This document shows positions 38,789-47,967 of a stretch of DNA of 64,000 bases, in pieces. The notes under the pieces were generated by a model. That model was not told the origin of the DNA. It did not search any database and saw only the letters and a list, made by a program, of their open reading frames with translations. Location of the stretch: NCBI GenBank assembly GCA_017936565.1, contig JAGBFG010000025.1, positions 9,347 through 73,346 of the forward strand, in the 5' to 3' direction. Position 1 is the stretch's first letter, and each line of letters opens with the position of its first letter. Origin of the DNA: Clostridia bacterium (GTDB taxonomy: Bacteria; Bacillota; Clostridia; Oscillospirales; CAG-272). A program made the position numbers and the translations under genes.

Positions 38789-40870
38789 ATGCGACAAGTA
38801 ACCGTTGCCGCTCACGCCGGCTTTTGCTTCGGTGTGAAAAGAGCCACCCAATGCGTTGAGGATTTAATCAACACCTGTCGGGAAAATGCCGCAATCTACA
38901 CCATCGGTCAGTTAATACACAACAAAACGTATACCGAGTATTTGGAGCAAAACGGCGTTTTTGCCATTTCTCTTCAAGAAACCGAAGAGGCTGTTTTACG
39001 CGCCAAGGAAAAGGACACACCTATTATCTTCGTTATACGGGCGCACGGCATTCCCAAAGAGGACGAGGCGGCGCTTTACGCCTTAAAGCAAACGTATGAC
39101 AAGGTGGACATTTTAGATATGACCTGTCCCTTTGTAAAGAAAATTCATCACATTGCGGAAAAAGAAACAAATGAGAGCACCTGCTTTATTTTGCTTGGCT
39201 CTCCCTCGCATCCCGAGGTAAAAGGAATTATGAGCTACACCCGTGGCGAAAAGTATGCTTTTCCCACGGCAGAGGAAGCAAATGCCCTTCTTTCCATTCA
39301 GCAAAATAACGAAAAAGAAGTCATTTTAGCGGCGCAAACTACGCAAAATATCCAAGAATGGAAAAAGACGCAAAAATTTATCAAAAAACTATGTACAAAT
39401 CCGAAAATTTTTGATACAATATGTGATGTTACAGAAAAGCGCCAAAGCGAAGCGGAGAATTTATCCTTGTCCTGTGACGCTATGGTCGTGGTCGGGGGAG
39501 CAGACAGTTCCAACACGCGTAAGCTTTACGACATTTGTAAAGCCAACTGTCCTTGCACCGTTATGGTTGAATCGGCTTGTGATTTGCCCAAGGATTTTCC
39601 CCCAAAGCATTCTACTCATGTCGGAATAGCTGCCGGTGCTTCCACACCGCACAGCATAATTATGGAGGTATATAAAGTCATGTCCGAAAATTTTGAACAA
39701 CTGTTGGAAGAATCACTCAAAACTTTACATACAGGAGAAACCGTCACCGGTATTGTTACGGAAATTGGCAAAACCGAAGTCTACCTTGACCTCGGCGCAA
39801 AAGTAACCGGCATTATCGCCTACGACCAAATCACCGACGAAGCAAACGTTGACTTAAACACCCTGTTCAAAGTTGGTGACGAGGTAAGAGCATTCGTCAT
39901 TCGTGTTGAGGATGGCAAGGGTATCGCTACCCTGTCCAAGAAAAGAGTCGACAACGACGCTTCTTGGGAAAAAATCGTTGCTCTTTCCGAAAGCGGCGAG
40001 GCCGTTGAAGGAAAAATCGTGGATGCTATCAAGGGCGGTCTTTTGATTGCCGTTGAGGGTACTCGCGCATTTATTCCCGCATCTCAATCTGATTTGGAAA
40101 AGGGCGCTGATCTGACTACCTTGGTCGGCACCACCCAAAAGGTTCGCATCATTGAGATTGACAAGCAGAAAAAGCGTGCTGTTGCTTCTATCCGCGCTAT
40201 CAAGCGTGAGGAGCGCAAGGCAAAAGAGGCTGAAATCCGCGCAACTCTTGAAGTAGGTCAGCACTTCACCGGTACTGTTAAGACCTTGGTTAACTACGGC
40301 GCTTTCGTTGATATCGGGGGCGTTGACGGTATGGTGCACAACACCGAGCTTTCCTGGAAGAAGATTAAGCATCCCTCCCAGGTTGTTTCCGTCGGTCAGC
40401 AGATTGAGGTCTTCATCAAGGAGTTAAGCGAAGACAAAACCCGCATTTCCCTTGGATACAAGACGCAGGAAATGGACGATTTCTATCAGTTCACCAAGGT
40501 TCATTCCGTTGGCGAGGTTATGGAAGCCAAGATTGTCAGCCTTACTCCCTTCGGCGCTTTTGCCGAGGTTGCTCCCGGGGTGGACGGTTTGATTCACATT
40601 TCCAAGATTTCCTTGGATAAAATCAACTCTCCCGAAGAGGTTCTTTCTGTCGGTCAGGTCGTTACCGTTAAAATCACAGCTATTGACGAAGAAAACAGAA
40701 GACTCTCCCTTTCCATCCGCGCTCTGTTGGAAGAGGCGCGCCGTGAGGAAGAAAGAGCCGCCTACGAGCAGGAAAAGGCAGAAAGACTTGCCGAAAGAAA
40801 GGCAGCCGAGGAAGAAGAGGCAGCTCTTCGCGCCGAGATGGCTCCTTACATCGTTAAGACCATTAACTGA
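38789..40870 (+). CDS. ispH: Bifunctional IspH / 30S ribosomal protein S1 fusion
   Basis: AGFCFGVKRA, IHN, IRAHG, TCPFV, AQTT, DTICDVT..RQ, SSNTRKL, AGASTP, then four S1 repeats (YGAFVDIGGVDGMVH, FGAFAEV..GVDGLIHIS). Confidence 0.95.
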   Translation: MRQVTVAAHAGFCFGVKRATQCVEDLINTCRENAAIYTIGQLIHNKTYTEYLEQNGVFAISLQETEEAVLRAKEKDTPIIFVIRAHGIPKEDEAALYALKQTYDKVDILDMTCPFVKKIHHIAEKETNESTCFILLGSPSHPEVKGIMSYTRGEKYAFPTAEEANALLSIQQNNEKEVILAAQTTQNIQEWKKTQKFIKKLCTNPKIFDTICDVTEKRQSEAENLSLSCDAMVVVGGADSSNTRKLYDICKANCPCTVMVESACDLPKDFPPKHSTHVGIAAGASTPHSIIMEVYKVMSENFEQLLEESLKTLHTGETVTGIVTEIGKTEVYLDLGAKVTGIIAYDQITDEANVDLNTLFKVGDEVRAFVIRVEDGKGIATLSKKRVDNDASWEKIVALSESGEAVEGKIVDAIKGGLLIAVEGTRAFIPASQSDLEKGADLTTLVGTTQKVRIIEIDKQKKRAVASIRAIKREERKAKEAEIRATLEVGQHFTGTVKTLVNYGAFVDIGGVDGMVHNTELSWKKIKHPSQVVSVGQQIEVFIKELSEDKTRISLGYKTQEMDDFYQFTKVHSVGEVMEAKIVSLTPFGAFAEVAPGVDGLIHISKISLDKINSPEEVLSVGQVVTVKITAIDEENRRLSLSIRALLEEARREEERAAYEQEKAERLAERKAAEEEEAALRAEMAPYIVKTIN

Positions 40871-40881
40871 TTTTTCATCAT

Positions 40882-40920
40882 AAAAAAGCAAACGCCGAAG
40901 CGTTTGCTTTTTTTCTTTTT
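40882..40920. terminator. Bidirectional rho-independent terminator
   Basis: AAAAAGCAAACGC-cgaa-GCGTTTGCTTTTTTT between convergent genes. Confidence 0.88.
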
Positions 40921-41196
40921 TTATTCGGGCTTTCGCAAGCCCTTCTCTTCGAGCATTTTCTGCTCAATATAGCGAACTGCTCTTTCAATAGACCAACCGT
41001 CGTTTACTACGTAGCTTGTAGCGCGGTTACCTATGCTCTGCGCTTCCTTTTGGGTAAATACGTCATCAATCTCGCAGGACTGACTGTACGTGCCCTCAGG
41101 AAAGGGCTCTGTCCGACAAATCAGGGAGCAGGAATTATATCCCACGCGGCTGTTATCCATAAAGGTGCTGCCACCGTCCGCAAAATAAATTTTCAT
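40921..41196 (-). CDS. Hypothetical protein (91 aa)
   Basis: RBS GAAAGGA before the ATG at 41196; ends at the terminator; no recognisable motif. Confidence 0.65.
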   Translation of the reverse strand: MKIYFADGGSTFMDNSRVGYNSCSLICRTEPFPEGTYSQSCEIDDVFTQKEAQSIGNRATSYVVNDGWSIERAVRYIEQKMLEEKGLRKPE

Positions 41197-41297
41197 ATAT
41201 AATCCATCCTTTCTATGTGAAATGCCTTTTGGGTGCTTTTCGCCTTGTAAAAAAGCAACGTGCTCTCCCGAAGAAGAACACGTTGTAGAGTCTATAA

Positions 41298-42161
41298 TCA
41301 AGCCTTACCAACAGAGCCGAAGAGCTCCATCTTTTCCTTGACTGTTTCCTTGATAGCGGCAACGCCGGGCGCGAGAAGCTTTCTGGGATCAAAGCCCTTG
41401 CCCTCTAAATCCTTGCCTGCTTCCACATACTTACGGGTAGCGGCAGCGAATGCCAGTTGGCACTCGGTATTTACGTTGATTTTAGAAACGCCAAGAGCGA
41501 TAGCCTTCTGAATCATCTCGGCGGGAATACCCGTACCACCGTGAAGCACTAAGGGCATTGCGCCAACCTTCTTGGAAATTTCTTCCAAAACGTCGAAGCG
41601 AAGACCGGGTCAATTAGCAGGATATTTACCGTGAATGTTACCGATACCCGCAGCGAGCATGGTAACGCCAAGATCTGCAATCATTTTGCATTCGTTGGGG
41701 TCGGCGCATTCGCCCATACCTACAACGCCGTCCTCTTCGCCGCCGATAGAGCCAACCTCAGCTTCCAAGGAAAGACCGAGTTTTTCACAGGTCGCAACAA
41801 GCTCGGTTGTTTTTTCAATATTTTCTTCAATGGGATAATGAGAGCCGTCGAACATAACCGAGGAGAAGCCTGCGGCAATGCAAGCCTTCGCGCCCTCGTA
41901 AGAGCCGTGGTCCAAATGCAGGGCGACAGGAACGGTGATACCCAGCTCATCAATCATACCCTTGACCATTCCAACAACGGTGGTGTAACCGCACATATAT
42001 TTTCCAGCCCCCTCGGAAACACCGAGAATGACGGGAGATTTCAATTCCTCAGCGGTTTGCAGAATTGCCTTTGTCCATTCCAAATTGTTGATGTTGAACT
42101 GACCGACAGCGTAATGACCTTCCTTGGCCTTTTGGAGCATTTCTTTTGCGGAAACTAACAT
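41298..42161 (-). CDS. fba: Class II fructose-bisphosphate aldolase, interrupted by one in-frame TGA at 41610-41612
   Basis: AVGQFNINNLEW, LHLDHG, SVMFDGSH, EAEVG, GNIHG, LVLHGGTG, KINVNTE. The two ORFs are in frame via KYPAN-TGA-PGLRFDVLEEI; total 287 aa. Confidence 0.95.
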
Positions 42162-42197
42162 AATTTTATCCTCTCTGTTTTTCTTTTTTACACAAAT

Positions 42198-42226
42198 ATT
42201 ATATACCAAAAATTTGAAAAAGGCAA
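42198..42226 (-). promoter_or_regulatory. Sigma-A promoter for fba
   Basis: Minus strand TTGCCT-17-TATAAT. Confidence 0.7.
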
Positions 42227-42267
42227 TAGTTTTTTAGGAAAAAGACGTTTTTCATGCCGAAAAATGT

Positions 42268-44013
42268 TTAATTTTCAAATTGGCTGTGATATAAATGGGC
42301 ATAAAAGCCATTTTGCGCCAAAAGCGCCTCATGAGAACCCTGTTCTATAATGTTTCCGTCCTTCATCACCAGGATTTTATCCGCCTCCTTGATAGTAGAC
42401 AGACGGTGGGCGACAATAAAGCTTGTTCTTCCCTGCATCATAGAAAGGAAGGCTTTTTGAATTTTGCTTTCGGTACGGGTGTCAATGGAAGATGTCGCCT
42501 CGTCTAAAATCAGCATAGGCGGCAAGGAAAGCATCACCCTTGCGATACAAAGCAGCTGCTTTTGCCCTGCCGAAAGCGCACCGCCGTTTTCTCCAAGCTC
42601 CGTATCGTAGCCCTTGGGCAAGCGGCTAATAAAGCCGTGCGCGTGGGCGGCTCTTGCTGCCGCTTCTACCTCTTCATCGGTGGCAGAGGGCTTCCCCAAA
42701 CGGATATTATCCCGCACAGTTCCCGAGAAAAGCCATGTTTCCTGCAACACCATACCGTAATTTTGGCGCAGACTGTGCCTTGTTATACTGTCAATGGGAT
42801 ATCCGTCTACCGTGATTTGACCGTCGGTGACATCGTAATACCGCATTAAAAGATTGATTAAGGTGGTTTTACCGCATCCCGTCGGACCGACAATGGCGAT
42901 ATGCTCTCCGCTCTTTACGTCCAAGCTGATGCCTTTCAGAAGTGGGCGGCTTGGCACGTAGGAAAAGGATATATTTTTAAGAGTAATATTCCCTTCCACC
43001 TTTTCTTCTAAAACGGTACAATCCTTGTCCGATACCTCTTCCTTTTCGTCCAAAAACGCAAAAACACGACCCACACAGGTCAAGGCATTTTGCAGCTCCG
43101 TAATAACGCCCGAAATCTCATTAAAGGGCTTGGTATACTGCCCTGCGTATGACAAAAAGCCTGACAGCGCGCCAACCGTGAAGCCGACGCCCCCCGTTGC
43201 AACCACAAACAAGGCACCAAAGCAGCCGATTGCCGCATAGACAACGCTGTTAACAAAACGGGTGCAAGGATTGGTTAAAGAGGAAAAGAAGGTTGCTTTT
43301 AAGGAAGTATCAAACAAGCGCTCGTTGATTTTTTCAAAATCATCCTCGGCCTCATCCTCGTGGGAAAAGGCTTGAAGAACCTTGCTATTTCCAACCATTT
43401 CATCGATAAAAGCCGTTTGCTCTGCTCTGATTTTAGACTGATTGAGAAAAAGATGATGGGTTTTTGAGGAGATAAATTTAGCGACAAACAAGGAAAGAGG
43501 GCTGATAAGCACCACGGAAAGCGCAATCCAAGGCTGCAAGGAAAACATAAAAAACAGCGTGCCTATGATGGTGATAGCGCCCGTGAAAAATTGGGTAAAG
43601 CCAAGCAAAAGCCCGTCAGCGAACTGTTCGGCATCCGTAATAATACGGCTTAAAATATCCCCTGTCTTGTGCGTATCCAGATAAGAGAACGGAAGCACTT
43701 GTATTTTACGGCAGGCGTCATTCCTGACGTCACGCACCACCGAAAAGGCAATGCGGTTATGAATGGCGTTCATCAGCCACTGAGAGAGAGCCGCGATGCC
43801 TGTCAAAGCCAAAATTTGAACAAGGATGTTCGCAATAAGGGAGAATTGGACCTGTCCTATCCCTATCATACCGTCAATGGCTCGCCCGATTAAAATGGGG
43901 ATATAGAGCGTCGCCCCCACAGACAAGGCAGCCAAAAGAAGCGACAGGACAAGCAAAGGAAGGTATCGCCCGATATATCCGAAAATGCGTTTAAGATTGG
44001 TTTTCTGCTTCAT
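42268..44013 (-). CDS. Heterodimeric multidrug-type ABC exporter, subunit B
   Basis: TM domain plus GPTGCGKTT, LSAGQKQ, LILDEATS, AHRLST. Confidence 0.93.
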   Translation of the reverse strand: MKQKTNLKRIFGYIGRYLPLLVLSLLLAALSVGATLYIPILIGRAIDGMIGIGQVQFSLIANILVQILALTGIAALSQWLMNAIHNRIAFSVVRDVRNDACRKIQVLPFSYLDTHKTGDILSRIITDAEQFADGLLLGFTQFFTGAITIIGTLFFMFSLQPWIALSVVLISPLSLFVAKFISSKTHHLFLNQSKIRAEQTAFIDEMVGNSKVLQAFSHEDEAEDDFEKINERLFDTSLKATFFSSLTNPCTRFVNSVVYAAIGCFGALFVVATGGVGFTVGALSGFLSYAGQYTKPFNEISGVITELQNALTCVGRVFAFLDEKEEVSDKDCTVLEEKVEGNITLKNISFSYVPSRPLLKGISLDVKSGEHIAIVGPTGCGKTTLINLLMRYYDVTDGQITVDGYPIDSITRHSLRQNYGMVLQETWLFSGTVRDNIRLGKPSATDEEVEAAARAAHAHGFISRLPKGYDTELGENGGALSAGQKQLLCIARVMLSLPPMLILDEATSSIDTRTESKIQKAFLSMMQGRTSFIVAHRLSTIKEADKILVMKDGNIIEQGSHEALLAQNGFYAHLYHSQFEN

Positions 44014-44026
44014 TCGTCCATCCTCC

Positions 44027-45733
44027 TTAATCCCGCTGAGATTCATCAATCTCACGGTAAATATCGGAATGAGCAAGCAGCTCCTCGTGGGTACCTGAGG
44101 CGACCAATTTCCCGTCATCCAAGACCAAAATCAAGTCGCAAAAGCGCACGGATGATATGCGTTGTGAGACGGTAAAAACGGTGCACTCTTCCTGCCGCAG
44201 AGCCTTGCGGAGCGAAGCGTCCGTGGCGAAATCTAAGGCAGAGGAAGCGTCATCCAAGATCAAAATCTCAGGCTTTTTTATCAGCGCGCGGGCGATGGTC
44301 AGCCTTTGCCTTTGTCCGCCCGAGAGGTTTCTTCCGCCCTGTTCAATTTGATGGTCAAGCCCCTCTTCCTTGGAAGCCAAAACGTCGTCGGCTTGTGCCT
44401 TATGAATAGCCTCTAAGCATTCTTCATCCGTAGCGTCGGGTTTTCCAAAGCGCAAATTATCCCGAATGCTGCCCGAAAACAGAACCGCCTTTTGCGGAAC
44501 AACGGCGATTTTAGAAAGCAACGCTTCCTTGGGATACAATTTTACATTACAGCCATTCACCAGCACCTCTCCGCTTGTCACATCGTAAAAACGGGGAATT
44601 AAATTTACCAAGGATGTTTTTCCCGAGCCTGTCCCACCTATAATACCGATGTAGTCGCCCCGCTTTACCGAAAAGGTGATTTCCTCTAATGCCGCGTCCG
44701 CCTCTTCTTCATAGGACAGGGTAACGCTCGAAAATGAAACGGCAGGGGCAGCGAGGTCTTCCTTGGGGGCATTTTCAGGATAGGTGATAGAGGGGACGGT
44801 TTCCAAAACAGCGCCGATACGGTTACCGCAGGCAACCGATTTGGTAATGGTGATAATCAAATTCGCCAGTTTGACCAGCTCCACCAAAATTTGCGTCATA
44901 TAGTTCCAAAGAGCGACCACTTCCCCTTTGAGCAAAATGCCTTCATCCACGCGAGAAGCAGACTGCCAGACCAGAAAGATAATTCCCAAATTGACAATGG
45001 CATACGTCAGCGGATTCATCAAGGCAGTAATTCTGCCGACAAAGCGCTGTGCTCTGGTTAAAGCGTGGTTTTCTGCGGCAAAATCCGCTATCTCTTCATC
45101 CTCGCGACAAAATGCCCGCACCACGCGAACACCGTTCAGATTTTCTCTGGTGCGACCAAGCAGCTTTTCAAGCGCCTCTTGCACCCTTTTATACAAGGGA
45201 ATGGAGAGAAGCATAATGCCAAAGACCACAACTGACAAGGCGGGAATGACAACGACAAAGGGCAAAGCGGCGTCCTTCCCGATATAAAACGCCATAGCCA
45301 TAGCGCCAAAAACGACCAAGGGAGAGCGCAAAAACAGACGAAGGGTTAAATTCACACCTGTTTGCACCTGATTGATATCGCTTGTCATCAATTGAATTAA
45401 GCGAGGGGTTCCTATTTTATCGGTATCGGCATACGACAGCTTCCCGATATGAGAAAAAAGAGCGCTCTTCACCCGTTTGGCAAAGCCCGTTGCCGCCTTC
45501 GCCGAAAAGAACTGCGCCACAAGGGTAGCGGACAAGCCAAGCACCCCGAGCAAGACCAACAGCAAGGCTCTGTTGATGATATAAGCGGTATCTCCGCTTG
45601 GAATGCCGATATCAATGATGGCAGCCATCACAAGCGGCACCAATAGCTCAAAGCACACCTCTAACATCTTAAAAAGAGGGGCTAATATACATTCTTTTTT
45701 ATAGTGCCTTAAATAAAGCAGTATCTTTTTCAC
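44027..45733 (-). CDS. Heterodimeric multidrug-type ABC exporter, subunit A
   Basis: GGTGSGKT, LSGGQRQR; degenerate Walker B LILDDASS and SQR switch, as in TM287/EfrA-type partners. Confidence 0.93.
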   Translation of the reverse strand: MKKILLYLRHYKKECILAPLFKMLEVCFELLVPLVMAAIIDIGIPSGDTAYIINRALLLVLLGVLGLSATLVAQFFSAKAATGFAKRVKSALFSHIGKLSYADTDKIGTPRLIQLMTSDINQVQTGVNLTLRLFLRSPLVVFGAMAMAFYIGKDAALPFVVVIPALSVVVFGIMLLSIPLYKRVQEALEKLLGRTRENLNGVRVVRAFCREDEEIADFAAENHALTRAQRFVGRITALMNPLTYAIVNLGIIFLVWQSASRVDEGILLKGEVVALWNYMTQILVELVKLANLIITITKSVACGNRIGAVLETVPSITYPENAPKEDLAAPAVSFSSVTLSYEEEADAALEEITFSVKRGDYIGIIGGTGSGKTSLVNLIPRFYDVTSGEVLVNGCNVKLYPKEALLSKIAVVPQKAVLFSGSIRDNLRFGKPDATDEECLEAIHKAQADDVLASKEEGLDHQIEQGGRNLSGGQRQRLTIARALIKKPEILILDDASSALDFATDASLRKALRQEECTVFTVSQRISSVRFCDLILVLDDGKLVASGTHEELLAHSDIYREIDESQRD

Positions 45734-45745
45734 AACAGTCCTCTT

Positions 45746-46225
45746 TTAATCGCCTTTTGTGGCATTTTCTTTTACTCTTCTTGTCATTTCGCGGGCTGCA
45801 TCCGCGCGGGCAATACTCTCTCTCTTATCGTAGAGCTTTTTACCCTTACACAGCCCCAACGCCATTTTAATCTTATTTCCCGAAAAATATAGCGAAAGGG
45901 GAACCAAGGTATATCCTTCCCGTGATAAAAGACCGACGAGCTTCCTTAGCTCCTGCTTGTGCAGCAAAAGCTTCTTCTCGCGCATAGGGTCGTGGTTAAA
46001 CTGATTGCCTTGCTCATAAGGGCTGATATGCAATCCCAAAACAAAAAGCTCTCCTTCCTTGAAGCTGCAATAGGAGTCCTTCAAGTTGACCCTTCCTGCA
46101 CGCAGGGATTTTACCTCTGTTCCGTATAAAGCAATGCCAGCCTCATAGGTTTCCTCAACGAAGTAATCGTGATAGGCTTTTCTATTCTGGGCAACGGTTT
46201 TTGATGCTTGCTTCTTTTCTGCCAT
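45746..46225 (-). CDS. smpB: SsrA-binding protein
   Basis: NRKAYHDY, EAGIALYGTEVKSLR, HISPY, KLLLHK, KGKKLYDKR. Confidence 0.97.
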   Translation of the reverse strand: MAEKKQASKTVAQNRKAYHDYFVEETYEAGIALYGTEVKSLRAGRVNLKDSYCSFKEGELFVLGLHISPYEQGNQFNHDPMREKKLLLHKQELRKLVGLLSREGYTLVPLSLYFSGNKIKMALGLCKGKKLYDKRESIARADAAREMTRRVKENATKGD

Positions 46226-46269
46226 ATTTATATCCTATCCTTTCTTTTTCTTCCGCTCCTTCTTTGCCC

Positions 46270-46779
46270 TTATCTGCCGTTTATTTCTAAAATTTCACAT
46301 ACGTAAACGGTGTGAAACCCATCCTTTTGATAGAATTTCAGCATTTCCTTCTCCACAAATTGCTCTTCCCTCATATCGGCTTGGAAAAGCTTTTTCAGAG
46401 AAATAGCAAGCCTTGCCTCCTGATAAGTGGGAAAGCCGTTCGGCAAGGAAACGGGGGAAAGACCCGCTTTTTCTGATTTATCTCCTTCTCTGCCGCTGTG
46501 CTTGCCGCAATAGGCAAGAGCGGCTCTATGCGCTTCATCAAAGAAGGAAAGAGAAATTTTTGCGTCATCCGTCATAAAAAGATGGGTGTACCGTTCAGGG
46601 CGCACAAAGAGAAACGCCACAGGCTTTCCCCACAAAATGCCAAAGCCACCCCAGCTCGCCGTCATTTGATTAGAGGAGCCGTCGTTTCTTTGGGCGGTAA
46701 TCAGCGTCCATTCCTTATCAAGCAGGTGAAATATGTTTTCCTTCCAATCTTCTGCCTTAATTTGTTTCCAGTTTGCCAT
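46270..46779 (-). CDS. Flavin reductase-like (flavoredoxin) protein
   Basis: NQMTASWGG, VRPERYT, CGKHSGR.GDK, H.VYVCEI. Confidence 0.88.
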   Translation of the reverse strand: MANWKQIKAEDWKENIFHLLDKEWTLITAQRNDGSSNQMTASWGGFGILWGKPVAFLFVRPERYTHLFMTDDAKISLSFFDEAHRAALAYCGKHSGREGDKSEKAGLSPVSLPNGFPTYQEARLAISLKKLFQADMREEQFVEKEMLKFYQKDGFHTVYVCEILEINGR

Positions 46780-46906
46780 TCTATCTCCGTTCTGCCCTCT
46801 TTTAAGGACTTAAATATCTATTCCTTAATAGTATAGCACATTTTTGAATTTCTGTATAGAGTTTTTTGGATTTTTATTCTTTTCTTTCCTTTTTTCTCTA
46901 TAATCG

Positions 46907-46962
46907 TTGACAAGAAAGAAAAAAAAGGATATAATAATATAAAAACTTTAAGGAAGTAAAGT
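46907..46962 (+). promoter_or_regulatory. Sigma-A promoter of cysK-cysE with a downstream inverted repeat
   Basis: Perfect TTGACA-17-TATAAT (46907-46935); ACTTTA-n6-TAAAGT at 46945-46962. Confidence 0.75.
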
Positions 46963-46984
46963 AAACCTTAGAAAGCGAGAAGAG

Positions 46985-47917
46985 ATGCCTTTATATCACG
47001 CCATAGAAGACTTAGTGGGAAAGACACCGCTTTTGGAATTACACCGCATAGAAGAAGAATATAACCTTGCGGCAAGGCTTCTTGTTAAACTGGAAAGCCG
47101 CAACCCAACGTCCAGCGCAAAGGACAGAGCCGCCCTTCAAATGTTAAAGGATGCCAAGGCGGCAGGAAAGCTGCCAAAGGGCGCCACCATTATTGAGCCC
47201 ACCAGCGGAAACACGGGCATTGCCTTAGCGGCGCTCGGCGCGTCTTGGGGCCTGCGGGTCATCATTGTTATGCCCTCTTCTATGAGCGAGGAGCGAAAAA
47301 GGCTGATGCGCGCATATGGCGCGGAATTAATTTTAACCCCTTCCAAGGACGGAATGAAGGGCGCAGTTTCAAAGGCGGAGGAGCTGCAAAGGCAAATTCC
47401 TGACAGCATCATTATCGGTCAATTTTCCAACCCCTCTAACCCCAAGGCGCACTATCTTTCCACCGCTCCTGAAATATGGGAAGACACAGATGGAAAAATA
47501 GACTGCTTTGTAGCGGGTATTGGAACAGGGGGCACCCTTTGCGGCTCTGCCCGCTTTTTCAAGGAGAAAAACCAAGACATTCGTATTATCGGCGTTGAGC
47601 CCTTTGATTCGCCCCTTTTGACAAAGGGGTGTGCTGCCGCTCACACCATTCAAGGTATCGGGGCGAATTTTATTCCCGAGAACTATGACCCCTCGCTCGT
47701 TGACGAGGTTATCCCTGTTACTGAACAAGAGGCATTTGACGGGGCAAGGCTTCTTGCCGTTAAGGAAGGCATTTTGGTCGGTATTTCCTCAGGCGCTGCC
47801 TTCTCTATCGCTCTTAAACAAGCCGCGCTTCCCGAAAACGAGGGGAAAACCGTTGTCGTTCTTTTGCCCGATACAGGGGAACGGTATCTTTCTTCCGCCT
47901 TGTTCACGCAACAATAA
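46985..47917 (+). CDS. cysK: Cysteine synthase A
   Basis: GKTPL, SAKDR (PLP lysine), EPTSGNTG, GTGGT, IQGIG, GISSGA, PDTGERYLS. Confidence 0.95.
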   Translation: MPLYHAIEDLVGKTPLLELHRIEEEYNLAARLLVKLESRNPTSSAKDRAALQMLKDAKAAGKLPKGATIIEPTSGNTGIALAALGASWGLRVIIVMPSSMSEERKRLMRAYGAELILTPSKDGMKGAVSKAEELQRQIPDSIIIGQFSNPSNPKAHYLSTAPEIWEDTDGKIDCFVAGIGTGGTLCGSARFFKEKNQDIRIIGVEPFDSPLLTKGCAAAHTIQGIGANFIPENYDPSLVDEVIPVTEQEAFDGARLLAVKEGILVGISSGAAFSIALKQAALPENEGKTVVVLLPDTGERYLSSALFTQQ

Positions 47918-47967
47918 AAAGCACTTTTGAGATACGATATCTATTCTAATAAAAGGGAGACCATTGA

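Noticed and set aside
10652-41612. Pyrrolysine (TAG in polC) or selenocysteine (TGA in fba) insertion
   Set aside because: Both sites align to Trp rather than to catalytic Lys/Cys-type positions; there is no convincing SECIS-like hairpin and no pyl/sel genes in the window.
42268-45733. Degenerate Walker B/H-switch in one ABC subunit as a sign of decay
   Set aside because: This asymmetry is normal for heterodimeric ABC exporters.
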